DNA of 64,000 bases from Iphione sp. A-MEVVRFRX5 (taxonomy: Eukaryota): contig OZ320318.1 of NCBI GenBank assembly GCA_976226885.1, forward strand, positions 54,250,001 through 54,314,000, in the 5' to 3' direction. Both the position numbers and the translations under genes were made by a program. Below are positions 1 to 13,330 of this stretch, in pieces. The notes under the pieces were generated by a model, which saw only the letters and a list, made by a program, of their open reading frames with translations, was not told where the DNA came from and searched no databases. Each line of letters starts with the position of its first letter. The stretch's first letter is position 1.

Positions 1-972
1 TGCTTGTCAATTTCGGTTTTGTTTTTAAAGGGTTTTCCGAGTTGGGGTATTAAATATATACATGTATAGTGAATAGGAAAAAATAATCTGAAGTGTCCTT
101 TGGTTTGTTGTTTTCTTGCAAATGTAAAGGAAACATGGTGTTGAGATAATGAGAAATTCATTTTTTTTGCACAAATAGGGTCAAATTCGATATACATGTC
201 CTCCTTGCGTGATGAATGGTGTTTTAAGAAGGGTGCTACAGACCACAACTTAATACATGGTATTCACAGCAGTAGTTCTTGCTTTAAATCACATTTTCAT
301 AAATGTCACTACTTTATGAGGAAGTAAAGAGTACTTAAGACCGAATACATGTATATGTATATATACACAGTAGTTTATATTTGGTTTTTCTAGCAACACA
401 CACTCTAGGAAAATTGTCTCATCAAATATGAATATCTGAAGCGTTTTGATGGGACATGCTTAAAATTCAATCACCACTACACTATAATTATAATAAATAT
501 TAGGAAAATAAAATGAGTTATGTTAGTTACAGTGACTTTAGTACATCCTTGAATGTGGGTATCTTTAATCAACTGTTTTTCGCATGTGTTATCGAATATA
601 ACAACCACAATTGACATTATGAAATAAAATAGTATAACAATTAAGAGTACATAACTGACGATAAACTGGGGGGTCAACCAGACAAAACACACATTTAAAA
701 AATGACGGAAATGATCTCTATGCATATCTGGCAGTACTTTGAGAAAACGTAGAGCACGCTGATGCGCGCGTAGAGACATGTTTACTCCATGAAAGAAAGA
801 AGAATATTCTGGGCCGATTCGCCCACTTGCGTCTTGAATTGTTTAAAGCTGTAGTGATCGACGGGTGTGAGGTGGGTCAGACCTGTAAGAATGACTCTGT
901 GGGTGAGCAGATTAAGTAAACAGAGAGTAGCCTACTTAGAGACTCTCTGAATGTGGCTGGAAGACTACCTAC

Positions 973-1120
973 CTCACTCTTAAGCTTCTTAACTTCTGCC
1001 GTGAGTTCCTCCGTCTGCTGGACGTAGTGCCACTTGGCCTGACGCTCACTGTCAAGGATCTGGAGCAAGTGGAGGTGCTTTTGCTCCAACTGCTCCTTCT
1101 GTTCCAGTACTTTGCTGTAA
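973..1120 (-). CDS. RASGRF1: RasGRF coding exon 3 (148 nt, T+YSKVLEQKEQLEQKHLHLLQILDSERQAKWHYVQQTEELTAEVKKLKSE; coiled coil)
   Basis: Acceptor aaacaaacag|T, donor GAG|GTAGGT; in frame with exon 2 (AG+T = Ser). Resembles RASGRF1 SY..L..E...L.QKYLHLLQI.E.EK...E.E.E.LK.E. Confidence 0.96.
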
Positions 1121-2017
1121 CTGTTTGTTTCAATTTACGGGTCGATCAATAGTGTTGTCAGCGTCAGATGAATCGTCAAAAGAAGAAAAAAATAATAGTG
1201 ATTGTATGAACTTCTAGCATTGCTAAAAAAACAAATACACATATATGTATCGTACAATATGTAACTGCTTTGTCGGATCCAATTTTAACTGTTCCTGCAA
1301 TTGTGGTTGCACTTGGAATTTCCACTTTACACTCCAGAAGCTTTGAAAAAAATGTGTCCATATGTACGATGCTCAACACTACATGTTAAGAGAACTATAC
1401 AATTTTGTTATATACAATTTTGAGTAGAAAGTTACATACCACATACACTTTTTTCATCCAAACGTTGTGTCAAAATAGGGTCATATATTTCAAATTTCGA
1501 TATACATGTCATATACATGTGTCCTCCTTCTACCAGTGTAAAAACATTGCAGTGATTCCATAAAAGTGGCATGTAATTTTAACAGAGATAACATAAGAAG
1601 CCAATACGTGAACAAACAGTACTGAGTAAATACGTGGATGCAACCGAGCGTGGAACAAACCAATCTATGCAGAACAGTATGGGGTGAACATCGATCTCTC
1701 GACCTTGTGTGCAAAGTCATCATTATTGCCTTTTCAGAGGATAGATTGCAATGGGAAATCAAGGATTGGTGCTTTAAATATCTGTTGTATACAATAATGG
1801 TGTTTTGATAACACAGTGTAGTGAATTGAGAGCAGGTCTCGTTCTATAGATCTAAACTACAGTTGATATTTTAGGTTGCGAGGTGACGCTGGATAGTCAA
1901 ACGCGGACGGTGGGTGAATATATTAATAAACCAAAATGGAAGTGGAATGCAATGGCTGGATGCATAGTTTTGCAAGTATTCCATTCTTCCCATCAGATGC
2001 ACTATGTTAAATGCTTG

Positions 2018-2031
2018 TCAGCAGGGGGCGC
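2018..2031 (+). promoter_or_regulatory. CTCF-like motif TCAGCAGGGGGCGC
   Basis: Close match to the CCASYAGRKGGCRS core; lies in RasGRF intron 2. Confidence 0.45.
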
Positions 2032-2337
2032 GGCGGTCTCTGCAATGCCCTGGGCTGGGGCTCAGGCGGCTTGCTGCCAGTGTTGATAAGCGATCTTGCC
2101 ATGCGTCAGGATTCAGGCGACATTCTCCTATGTCAAGGCACGTCCTCTGTAGGCTCATTGTAACAATGTTGGTCTCAATACTATATTATCCAACGATGGC
2201 AGATACTGTATCCGACTACCCACGAATGTAATTGAGGGTACGCTGAAGCACCCCGGCTTTTATCGCCTTGTAAGCAGTGGGATCAAAACACAGTGCCACC
2301 TTATAATAGGGAAAATGGCTGTACATGAAGTTAGGTA

Positions 2338-2408
2338 TATATATATATATATAATTATATGGAGAGAGAGAGAAAGAGAGAGAGACACACACAGAGAGAG
2401 TGAGTGAG
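2338..2408. repeat. Compound (TA)n/(GA)n/(CA)n microsatellite
   Basis: Directly visible. Confidence 0.85.
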
Positions 2409-4865
2409 TTTGGGTGTGGGAGGTCGCTGTGGTCAGGTAGGTAATGGCGCTCCCCTGCCAACTACTCCATACCTCCGGGGTCTATCCGCCCTACTAGGAG
2501 ATCGAAGACCGTCAAATATTGACTTTCGCTCGGTTGAGCCCAGCACACCATCTGGCTTCTTCTATGTGTGGCGTGCTGTACTTCCGGCGCGCCCAACAGG
2601 GCGGCAGCGACACGAGCAACTCGCCGGTAGTAGCGAGAAGCTCGGCGAGCGACTCGGGCACTATATCGGGACTGGCAAATATATGCACAGCGGAGGGTGC
2701 GAAGCGACCGTGTGTCGCGCCGCCGATCGAGGTAGACAATATCGTCAACAGCGAGGTGCGATTCGATTCATTGACGGCACAGTGTAATGTATACAAAACG
2801 CTTGCGATTCAGGGGCAACTGACAGGCGATTGTACAGCCATATATACATATGTACAGCGAATGCTAACCTGATATGGTGTGGACGAATGTCGTTCGCATT
2901 GCCGCGTGTATATATCAGCTGCTAGGGACTGTCGTGTTGCTATAGTTATTGATCTTACGTCAGCCATCACTCCACATTCCCCGGAGAAATCCAGCTGCCT
3001 TCACCTCGCCAAATAACCGCAACAAAAGAGGCACCGCGTGCCATCGCTTACGCTACCCGCGCACTTTAATGTTTTCTTGAGCCAGGGATGGTTTGCACTT
3101 GTGCCACATCGACAGTGATCTTTAATTTAAGGCCCAAATGATTTACATCCACCGATACATGGTCTGGTTAGTTTCTATTGTAGCCCGCCAAAAAGAGCTG
3201 CCGATACTGCCAATAGGACATGGAAGCTGTTCGATACTACTACTGATGGAATCCAAGTCTTCTGTATACGAATCCGATCAAGAAGGTCGACATCCCAGAT
3301 CAGCCACTGCTTCATTAAACTTCATTAAACGTCATAAATTTGTGATTGATCTATTTTCCCCGATGAAACAAAGTTGTTTCAGGACATTCCTTTATGATCA
3401 CTGATGTCAATCCCTCATAAAATTTCGCCACAAACACCCTGGTGGAGAGCTTCTAAAGAAATTGCCTTTTCAACGACAGGAATGAAAATGGCGTCAGTGC
3501 TGACATAAAATTCTTGTTTGTATAATTGACAGCTTGCAGTTCATTCCCATTATCTTCACCAGTTTCGCATTTGCAGAAAGGCTTACTCCCACCTGGGGTC
3601 TGTGCAAACCAACAGTGAACATCTTCCACTAAAACGCACACAGACAATGCAATAACTAGCAATATCTCGCAGTGTCATTATCGTTGCAACCGTGCAACAA
3701 GACCGCCAGGGATTATACCTGTTGCAGGCTGTCTCCAGGTGACACAGGCCCTCCCTCCCACCCTCTGCCTCTTCCTCTCATCTTCTCCCCCAGAACCTCC
3801 GCAGTGGCATGCGGAGTCATCCGACTCTCGGTCTAATTCCACGGCCGGACGGCTGTCAGTTCGTCGCTGATTGATGCTGAAGGCGCCCTCTTCAGAGCCC
3901 TAATGACACTAGAGGGCTGCCAGTTGTAGCCCACGGGCAGCATCGGGAGGCGTCGGCAGCATCACCATTTCTCTGGACCCGGCCAACGTGAACAATGCCC
4001 ACAGTCAACAGGGGCCAGTTCAAAACAGCCAAATTGGGAAAAGAGACGTACCCAGTCAAACTAATATTGCTGCATAGTTATGTGTACTGTATTTAATTAA
4101 TCTTTAGCTCCGCTGTTAAAACAGCACTGCGGAAACGATATGTTCATCCAGTATTTTTACTGTATGCACATGTGAATGCAAATAGACCTGGGTCTGAACT
4201 GCTTATAAAAAGATAGAATAGCATAATATGTCGAATTATTAATCATTCTTGATAGATCATGCACATATTGATTAAATAACAATAATCTGAATAAATCTCG
4301 ACTGAAATGTATTAGCACAGTTAGGAATCACAAGCACAGACGGTGGAACTTTCGAGGTTCTATTCTGGCAGATCCTTGTTAGAATACAATTATTGAATAC
4401 AACGTATCCCTAAGTCGCAGTGTGATAAATGGTCAGTGATAACACGAACTCTCAGCGTTGCCGCAACCCTTCATCTCTCTCGCCATGCGAACAATTGCTG
4501 TGTGCACTATGGCAAAGAGTTATCTTCAATTTTCCCATGTCATTTCAGCAGTTAATGAGGGACGAAGCGAGCATGTATGTGAACCATTGTCTGGTGTTCC
4601 CTACGGCAGTGCCCATATTCATCACCTTGTAGAGTTTCATCCATCTTAGCGATCTTACTCTCGCACAAATAAAGAGGGAAACTATTTAGATACAAAAACA
4701 ATGCGAATCGTCTTGACGGATCGTGGAGATAGTTTTAGGCTGTAAAGTGAACATTTCGCTAAATTGCACTCGGTGTATGAATAAGGATGCAGGGGTACAA
4801 AATATCTTGTATGTACGAAATATTGATTGTATTTTATGTCAAAGACAGACATAAATAATGTCTAC

Positions 4866-4972
4866 CTTGCCTGTTTGATGACCTCTATCCAGGCTGCACA
4901 TTCCGCTTCTGTATCCGCTCGGAGGTCATACTGCCTCTGACCATCCTTCCGGTAGTATATTGTGAAGCAGTA
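4866..4972 (-). CDS. RASGRF1: RasGRF coding exon 2 (107 nt, YCFTIYYRKDGQRQYDLRADTEAECAAWIEVIKQA+AG; end of PH1)
   Basis: Not in the ORF track; read by hand. Acceptor tgctttctttttcag|TAC, donor GCAAG|GTAGA, phase 0 to phase 2. Resembles RASGRF1 HYFTVNF...LELRTED..DCDEWVAAI..A, including the invariant PH tryptophan. Confidence 0.95.
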
Positions 4973-7290
4973 CTGAAAAAAGAAAGCATAATGTTAAATT
5001 GACAGTAACAAATATTTAAGGCTTGAAGTTTTCCCTTCAAATGACATGAAGTAGCCTAGTAGAGATGGATTCGCTCACAAAACTGTTTCACTGCCTAAAA
5101 TATGTAGAGAATACGGTTTGGATTTATTACCACTGAAAAGGGGAATAAATGAAAGCAAATATTGGTTGCCATATTTCTTTTCAAGCATGGGTAGTTTCAA
5201 GCCATCATGCGATGATTCTGCACGTAGTGCGCCCATAAACTTATTCATCATCGCACTCGAACAAAAATGACTAAATATTTTTCTTAAATGAAGGGAACGG
5301 TGTAACAGCATTTGTAACAACGTATTAGTGGAAAATAAAACCAGACACTTCGGGATCTTTTTGGTTACAAATAAGCCGTATGAGCGCAAAGTGGTCTTTC
5401 CATCTCAAAATGAACAGGCAGTGGCTTCCGTTGGAGATCAAAGTGGCGGCTTCTGCGGTAAAACCGCATCCACACATCGACGAAGCTACTTGGGGTTCAC
5501 GGCGAGAAGCCTTACAAGGATAACAACGGCAGGGTTCATCAAAGTAAATACCGTAATATCATTTTGGACCAAACAAGGAGAACTGATCGATAAGAAACAA
5601 TTCGAAAAGACAGGGGTGGCTGACGAAGTCATTAAAGCAGTCGTTCTGTTACACACGCTGGAAATAACTTCCGGAGTCATATTTAGAAGTGTTAGAAAAG
5701 CACTCTTTAAATATCACAATTTGGATTTGTAAACGAGAATTATGTATATCCCATCATGCTTCTTAGTGCTACACTGCTCAGTATAGGGGCAGATTTGTGG
5801 CAATTATATGATGACAAGACTTTCATGACAGCTCCAAGTGCTGCTGATAACATGTCGAGATGGAATTGCTCTTATTTAATTATGTTTTTTTTAATCAAGA
5901 GTTTCCTAAGAATTCGAAAAGGGCATTCAGGAAATATAAAAGTTGCCCTCTATGAAAAATAGAAAATATCAAGTTGTTTGTATTATTATATAATGACTGA
6001 TAAAGGCAGTACTTTGGCCACAGAATCGTGAGCATTTTCATTATGTGTTCTGCCTTTCCAAATCTGAAGGAAATATTAACCGGTAAATCTTGCAGGTTAA
6101 CCTAAGAGCGTTACCGTCGATTTAACCTGTTAATATATATTTTCGGGTAAATCTTGGATATTTTTATAGCGTATAATCACACCAATACCATTAATATAAT
6201 GAAGTTCCACTATTACCATGTACTCAAAAGAGTACATTATCATGAATTGCAAAGCGTATTTGAACAGATAAAGAAACAGCTGGTGCCCTTATGATGTTGA
6301 AACTCGGAGTTCCATTTTGAAGAACATTTAACCAATGAACTTTATCAATTATCCAAGTTTGAGTCTCTGTTATTACAAGTTATCTGCAAGGAAGTGGGTG
6401 AACGTGTGGGGGAAGTTATACGGTCGAGGATATTCAACAGTATCGGGGCAAACGTACCAAGCAAAAAGACTAAAAAATCCCTGCGCAGAGCTAGTACCTA
6501 TGGGGTGTGATAAAAAATATTAAGCTTAAAATCGATTATTTTGCTTAGATGAGCGCGCGGTCTTTGGACTTAATTATCTAAAATTCTAATGACAGCTTTA
6601 ACATGTTTTAACTGAATAATTGCTAAAATCTCATTGCACAATTCATAATGAATGGCACCTTTTGCCTGATGAGTCTGCTTTTCCGATTATTTTATCGGCC
6701 AGATTTCAATGGCAGCAGCTGGAGGTTGCGTACTATCTACCGTTTAATATTTTAAGTACTAAATTATGTTTAGACCATAGAGCTATAAAGATGTTCTTTG
6801 GTGATTAATAAAAAGCTGGAACCTCATATAGCCCGGCACTTTCTTTTCAGGAAGAGGAGAATAGAAAACGGTTTTGCTGGCCAACATCTAGCTTTATCTG
6901 AAGTAGAGCAAAATATTCATACAAAAGGCTTTACTTCGGTGTGAAAGAAGGTGAAGCAATGCGGACAAGGAGCGAATAATTCATGAAGGGATTTTATAAT
7001 AAAAATGACCCTGTCGGTGAGGCACCTGGAAGATGTCACGTCGACAACTACAAATGGAGGAATTTAAAGCAGAGCCTTGTGATTAACTACTAGTTTTTTA
7101 GCACCCCCGAAATAGGTGGATAAAAATTACACTCTGGGATGGTGCCAATATTGGCCACTTCAAGGCGCACAGCATTAGATCTGCATTCACTGCAGAAGGT
7201 ACAAGAGGCGACCGCTCCGTACCACCTTTTGGGATAATGGGGGGCACAGATCAACATTCCATATGCCTAAAGACAGGCGGCGTCAGTTGG

Positions 7291-7352
7291 TGTCTTTACA
7301 CCATGCTTATAGTAAGTATTGTCTTTACACCATGCTTATAGAAAGTATTGTC
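7291..7352. repeat. Tandem duplication of a 29-bp unit
   Basis: tgtctttacaccatgcttatagtaagtat followed by tgtctttacaccatgcttatagaaagtat. Confidence 0.9.
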
Positions 7353-8439
7353 AATTTGGTCTCCACTGGAGTCAGCAAAATGCATATAATGAACTTAAGT
7401 ACATCTACATATATATTTATGTGTGTACCTCAACTCTACTGGAATTCTTTTTAACATGTTTTGTAATAAAATCATAACCTAAGCTTGGGATTTTCACAAA
7501 ACTATATATATATACCAGCGCAAAGCTAAAGTAATATTAATGAAAAAGACTTTTTTGTGAGCGTACACTAGCCTCCGGAAAGCTTATATCATATGAAGCT
7601 CCTCAGAAAGAGGTTGATTTAAACTACTTCCTATAATGTAAACAAGTAAAATATGATCTTAACTACATTCCAGTAATAATTGATAAATAATCCAACTTAT
7701 CATTTCAAGTGCAAGATAAACATCAAATGATTTTTCAGTATGAGCATATTCATCGTTCATAAATAGAGAAATAATTACTGGAAGCAAGAAGTCAAAGCTA
7801 TTGTTATGGGTAGCTCTGAAAGAGCAAAAAAATAAGATTGGGTGTTTAAGTAAATCTCATTTAAGATCAAAAAGGTATGTCCTGGAAACAGGTTTAAGCC
7901 TTGCTTATTCAGATTAAAGAAACCATCCTTGAAATCAGGCATCAGCTTATTCCTTGCTGAATATATCAAATATAAATAATGGAAGATATTTTGCGGGTCT
8001 ACAAACAATAAGTATACCTAATGGAAAGTGCACTGGGCAAGGAAAATCCTACACTATGACTTTGGACTCAACAATTTCTTTGGGAAATGGATAGTTGCCA
8101 CAGAGGGGGTGCACTAACTGCATTTTAATTAACTTTTTACTGACTGAAATTTTGTCGGAGTGCCCTATCATGCACAGTGTGTATAACTAGAGTTGCACTT
8201 AAAGACCTCTCAATAAATATGTAGTTATCTATATCAAGATAAAGAGTGCACTTCCGCAAACACAATGGCTATCAGTGGCCACGAAAAAACAAGAAGTATT
8301 TAGCTTTGATAATGCTTAGAAATTTGAATGAACCGCTAATTAAACGAAACTAAAATAGTAGTATGTTTAACTTTTTTGTTTTGTATCAATCACAGTCTAC
8401 CCATAAATGAGCATTTAGAAATATCACCCATTCCACTGT

Positions 8440-10369
8440 GATTTTGTCTCTCTGGGCGCATTTAACCTGGTGGTGAATATTGTCACCAAGCACCTTCTCT
8501 ACTGCTTGTGCATGGTTCTTTATTCAGATGATCTTTCCATTTTAGTGTCAGTGAAAGATTTTCTGAGACTGCATGGAGCCTCTCACCAATTACTCCAATC
8601 CATTGTCTCCTGGTGTGAAAACAAAGGTCTTCTACTCAGCAGAGACAAATTGCAGATATACATTAGCAGGGCTGCAAACATACCTCTGGACCTGAGGCTA
8701 GGGGACGTTAACTTGCATATGGAACCTACAATCCAGCTGCTGGGCTGCTGCATACATGTAGTTTGCAAGCTAAATTTCAAGGATGATCTCAACCATCTGA
8801 AAAAGAAAATGTGGCTTACAACAACCCACCTGGGAAGAGCTCTGCTGTCTATGTCTGCAAGATTTTCTTGAGAGCCTAGTTGCTAACGCCTCTTAGTTAC
8901 CATGCGTTGGTATTTTTTGCCTTACCATCAGCTGTGAAAGTCAATCTATAGGTTTACCTTAATCAGAGTGCCTGTATTGCTCTGCAGTATGAGTCTTTCT
9001 TATCAACTAGAACATTGTAAACTAAATTCTTCATCAAATGAGTGGAGATTCTCACATCACAGAGATCCATTGCTGTAATCAACTGTCTTATGCACCCAGG
9101 CTTGCTTCTCACCAGTGCCAATACTGTGACACTTGCTCGAACTGGGTTGAGAGTGTGTGTTCTCAAACCTAAGAGCTCCAGGCTCACTCTCAGTCTTAGA
9201 TATCTAGCCACAAACCTGTGGAACAACCTAGCTGAGAATGTCAAGTGCCAACCTTGGGTGGCATTACAAGGTTTAATCTAAGGTCCCTCTTGTCCAGTGC
9301 ACTTAGTTGCCACAGTATGTGAATTAAGCTGGTGAGTAATCACCTGGGGGCTGGGTAGCAATATGATGGATTGAAAGCCAAACCCCATTCCTGGCTGCAA
9401 GTCTTATAGTTCCAGTCATCATGGTCTTCTCCAATCTTAGTTAAACCTATGCAACAGGCTGGAAATATGAATGAAAGAGCAGTGTGTGACAGTAGGAATG
9501 ACCCCACCTACCCACATATGCCTGTTCTATGATGCAGGTCGTCTGTGCCAGCTCTTACCTCATTTTTTTACTGGATTAACCCTTTGCAATAACTGTCGCT
9601 CACATCTAACCTCCCTCTACCTCTTACCTGCCTACTTTAGCAAGGATGCTTGCTAATGAACCAGGACTCCATCATGGAACCATGCTCACACTTGATTCTG
9701 TTTGTCAATGACATCTTAGTCTCTCCTGTGCTCTCTCTGTCATAGAGATGGCCCAAGCAGACAACTGATCCATCAGATAAGGACTAAACTTGCTCTCAGC
9801 TCTCATTGCAACTGTGAGAACTTACCATCTTCATCCTATCCCATGATAAGGCCCAATCTTATCATGAGTCCCTACTCCCCCCTTAGAGGAAGAGTGCCAG
9901 CACCCAAGCCTTCCCCCCCCTCTTGCCCACAGACTCCGCCATCCCTCCACTGTCACCACCTCCCCCCCACCCCCTCCTGAATCCCCTAGTGCTTGTTGAT
10001 ACAAGGCTCTACCCTATGAGTAAACACCTCTTAATTAGCAGCTAAAATCTCAGCTTATCTGTGACCCTGGATGATGAAATGGTTACTTTGAAATATCTCC
10101 ACTAATCATCTTCCTGCAAGAACATTTAATTTGTGTATGTATAGATATGGCCTAACTACTCTTATCTGTAATACCTTGTATTTGTACCCAGCTGACTATT
10201 TACTGAGGACTGTTTAAACCCAGCAACCTCTACTTTCTCATCTTATCTGTCTGTATCCATTTACCTACTGCACTTAGCTTGTATTTTATTGCAAACATTT
10301 CTGTTTTGGATCATTAAAAGCTCAACGGAATGTATGGGATTGTTTTAATAAAATATTCAGTTCAATTCA
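8440..10369 (+). mobile_element. 5'-truncated, degenerate non-LTR retrotransposon (L2/CR1/Crack-like): RT C-terminus plus about 1.1-kb 3' UTR
   Basis: ORF 8470-8871 has LYSDDL (YADD motif), then SWC...L.L...K and LGC.I...LNF..H/DL..L.KK. 9042-9281 ends SLRYLATNLWNNLAENVK, the typical S(F)...LWN.LP..K ORF2 end. 3' end AATAAA-atattcagttcaattca. Stops and frameshifts present. Confidence 0.8.
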
Positions 10370-12228
10370 TGTTATATTGGAAAGGTAAAGTAAAATTCAT
10401 CCTACCACCTAGGGAAAGTGTATCATTATACAGGAATATCGTTCAGTCAATTTTTGAACAAGGCCTTCCTGTCAGCGTGTAATGTTGACTGGCCAGACAT
10501 AATATTCAACATAGGGAAGCCTACTTGAACTATGCCTTCGGGCAGAGTGTTACCAGCAAACACAGGTACCATCAGCAGAAAGTATAAAACTGGGCCACAC
10601 TGTCTAAGTGCCAGTTCCTATTTCACAGGCACGTTTCAATTATAATTGCATCTTACGATGACAAGAATAGAAAACACAAAAGTAAAACAACGAAAAGCAA
10701 AACCTTGGACCTGACAGTTCCGAAGCTTACTGAGACAACGTTTAGAATATCACCTTTTTAAGTGATTTTTTAAGTGTAGACTGATTTATTGGCCATACAA
10801 GGTCTATATATAATTAAGGAAGGCTCATGTGACCAACATATGATTAACCAGTGAATGATGAAGCATAAAATGTACATGATAGAGTGTAACACGTCAGAGG
10901 AAGGACGTTATTGGTCGATTGTGTGGCACTCTCAAAACTATGTGTCATGTACATATGGTTGGCTGTAGTGCCATGAGCAAGGTTATATCACAAGAAAAAT
11001 GCAAAGTAACTTTATAGTCATCATATGATCATGGTGCCCCGACCTATCAAGGATGGTCAACGCACCACTACCTTAGTCCATTCCACAGAACATGCACATA
11101 CCATCTAATAATCATTGCTTCCCTTGTCCAGTTTTGCGATACACTTTGTAGTTTATGATGACAACTGATAGGAAGCCCACCTATGATAATTAATTGTTTC
11201 TTGACTGATATTTACTTGTCCATATTCTATTATGGACAATGTGCTCTAATTCCGTGTTAATACCCGAATATCAGGAAGACTGTCAGGTTGGCGCTCTGCT
11301 GAGATTGATTGTCACTAACGTTTAAACTCCTCATTAATTAATGACTTTCTCATTACATTTAAGTTATTGCTGCAGGCAATTTTGTTAATTTCCGTCCTGT
11401 CTTAAGCCTGAATATTGCTAGGATTCCAGAGACGCTTACTTGGAAGGCATTTGTTCAATTCTGCATTGAAGAGGAGTAGATGCTGACACTCCAGATAGAG
11501 ATACCATGTACTGATGATAAGAGTGCAGGAAAGTACATTCACTCGTGAAGTGAAGAACGGAGAATAGCGCAACTACCATTAATCAGCCCTTTCGATATAA
11601 TAGCTGTTATCTGCCCTACCAAAATTACATAAAACTATAATGTACACTTAAACCTTATTCATCCGGACCCTGTCTGGAATTTCTCCTTATAAATACGGAG
11701 CACTTTTCTTTGGACAAAAATTTCTGTTCCTGTACATTCATTTTTGTCTTCTCTAGATTGTTCAGTATCCGGATCAAAATAGAAGGAACGCAGCATATCC
11801 AAATAACGCCATCTAACTGAATATATACATATGTCTATTATGCTTTATGTTATACCAGTCAGTACCAGCCTACTCCAAGCTCAGGTGCTTATATGAAAAT
11901 GGACTGAGGTGTCATCTTGACAGTGCAACATCTATACTTAACATCTGTATAACTTACGGCCTTCACTGGTTGCTCTCGTCGGTGCTTCACGTCGTTAAGA
12001 GTCTGTGCAGGTACATGTGTATTCGTGGAATGTAGTTGACGCAATAGTTTTATAACTGGTGCACAGTGAAAGACAGTCTGTTTGTTGAGGTGAAAGGTAG
12101 ACGGGTTTTCCTGCTTGAATAACTGTAAAATTTAGGTGCATAATGAAAGGATGTCTCCACGTTGTTGCTCAGTCAATTTTCAATATGACATTATGGCCAC
12201 CTCTTCCTCATTTCAATCCATCAGGCTA

Positions 12229-12573
12229 TAAGGCCCAAGAAAATAGCTGAGTTTCTGGTAACCCACCCCTACCTAGTAAAACCTCACCCCACCTAAAAAT
12301 CTTTCAGCCCCAAAGAGTTTCCAAGGGTGAATTTCCTTAGATATGTGTTTTCATGACACATGTTTTTATTAAACTCAGTAGAAAAACAACAAAATCCATG
12401 GAAATTCACAAAATCTGTAAAATTCATACAGATTGGTTAAAATTCTTGATATTATCTTTATTATTATAGAAAACTAGAAGAAGAAACTGGAAAAAAATCT
12501 AAAAAAGAAAAAAAGATACCCCCTCCCTTTTTGGCTGGTCGTTACCAGAAACACACCTATTTTTTTGGCCTAA
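12229..12573. mobile_element. MITE with about 32-bp terminal inverted repeats
   Basis: Left aggcccaagaaaatagctgagtttctggtaac versus reverse complement of right end aggccaaaaaaataggtgtgtttctggtaac; flanked by TA-like dinucleotides; AT-rich non-coding interior. Confidence 0.8.
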
Positions 12574-13330
12574 GCTTGCTGAACCTGTGTCCTGTACACA
12601 AGGTCCATAGTATGTGCTCCATTTTTGGGTGCCAGAATGGACACTACTTATTTCTTGAAGGAAACAGATCCATAAATATACAAAGGAGAACTTGAGAGTG
12701 AGGCCACAAACAGCACAGAGATGTATAGGTACAGGACAGAATCGGACAGCGAAATTCTTTTTTCCTTATGATGATTTTTTCAGATGTTCCTCTCTAAGAA
12801 TGTGAAAAATCGGGTAGGACAACCATTGGAACATAAGCCTTCAGTGTTTGATTCAACGGATGAAATAAGGTTTGAAAAGCTTCATCCCATGTAGAAAATG
12901 TACTTGTTATAGATAGGGCAACACAGAAAAGCTTCTGAAGATTTTTAATGTTAGGAACTAATTTTCAAAGTTCGTTTCTTTATGAGATCCAGCACATGTT
13001 TTGTTTTTAATTGGTTTGGTTAAGCACAACTTAACATACATATGAACACTACACATATGGCAGTTACACCAATTTATGTTTGCGTGCCATGTGAGCTTGA
13101 TTATGGGTGGATATTTACTTGAGTAAGGCCTGGTTTCCATTCGTATGGGGGAGAGTGTTCCAGCGCAGGAGTCCGTGTGCACTGCTATGCATTTTATTTT
13201 GCAGATGGGGACAGTTTTGATACCTAGGGTCATCCCGCTTTAGGCAGGGGACGAATAATAGATAACAGTCACAGGCGGTCTGATACAATTGTCAATTTCA
13301 CGTGCATGGACAAATGTAATAGAGCAAACG

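Noticed and set aside
477-779. 100-aa ORF as RasGRF exon 4
   Set aside because: No similarity to the expected ...EDSDIKKIKK/IQ segment; nearby acceptors give immediate stops; the tail is AT-rich low complexity. Exon 4 is probably left of the window.
877-972. C-terminal extension of the exon 3 ORF (VGSLPATF...)
   Set aside because: Read-through into the intron past a good GAG|GTAGGT donor; homology stops at KSE.
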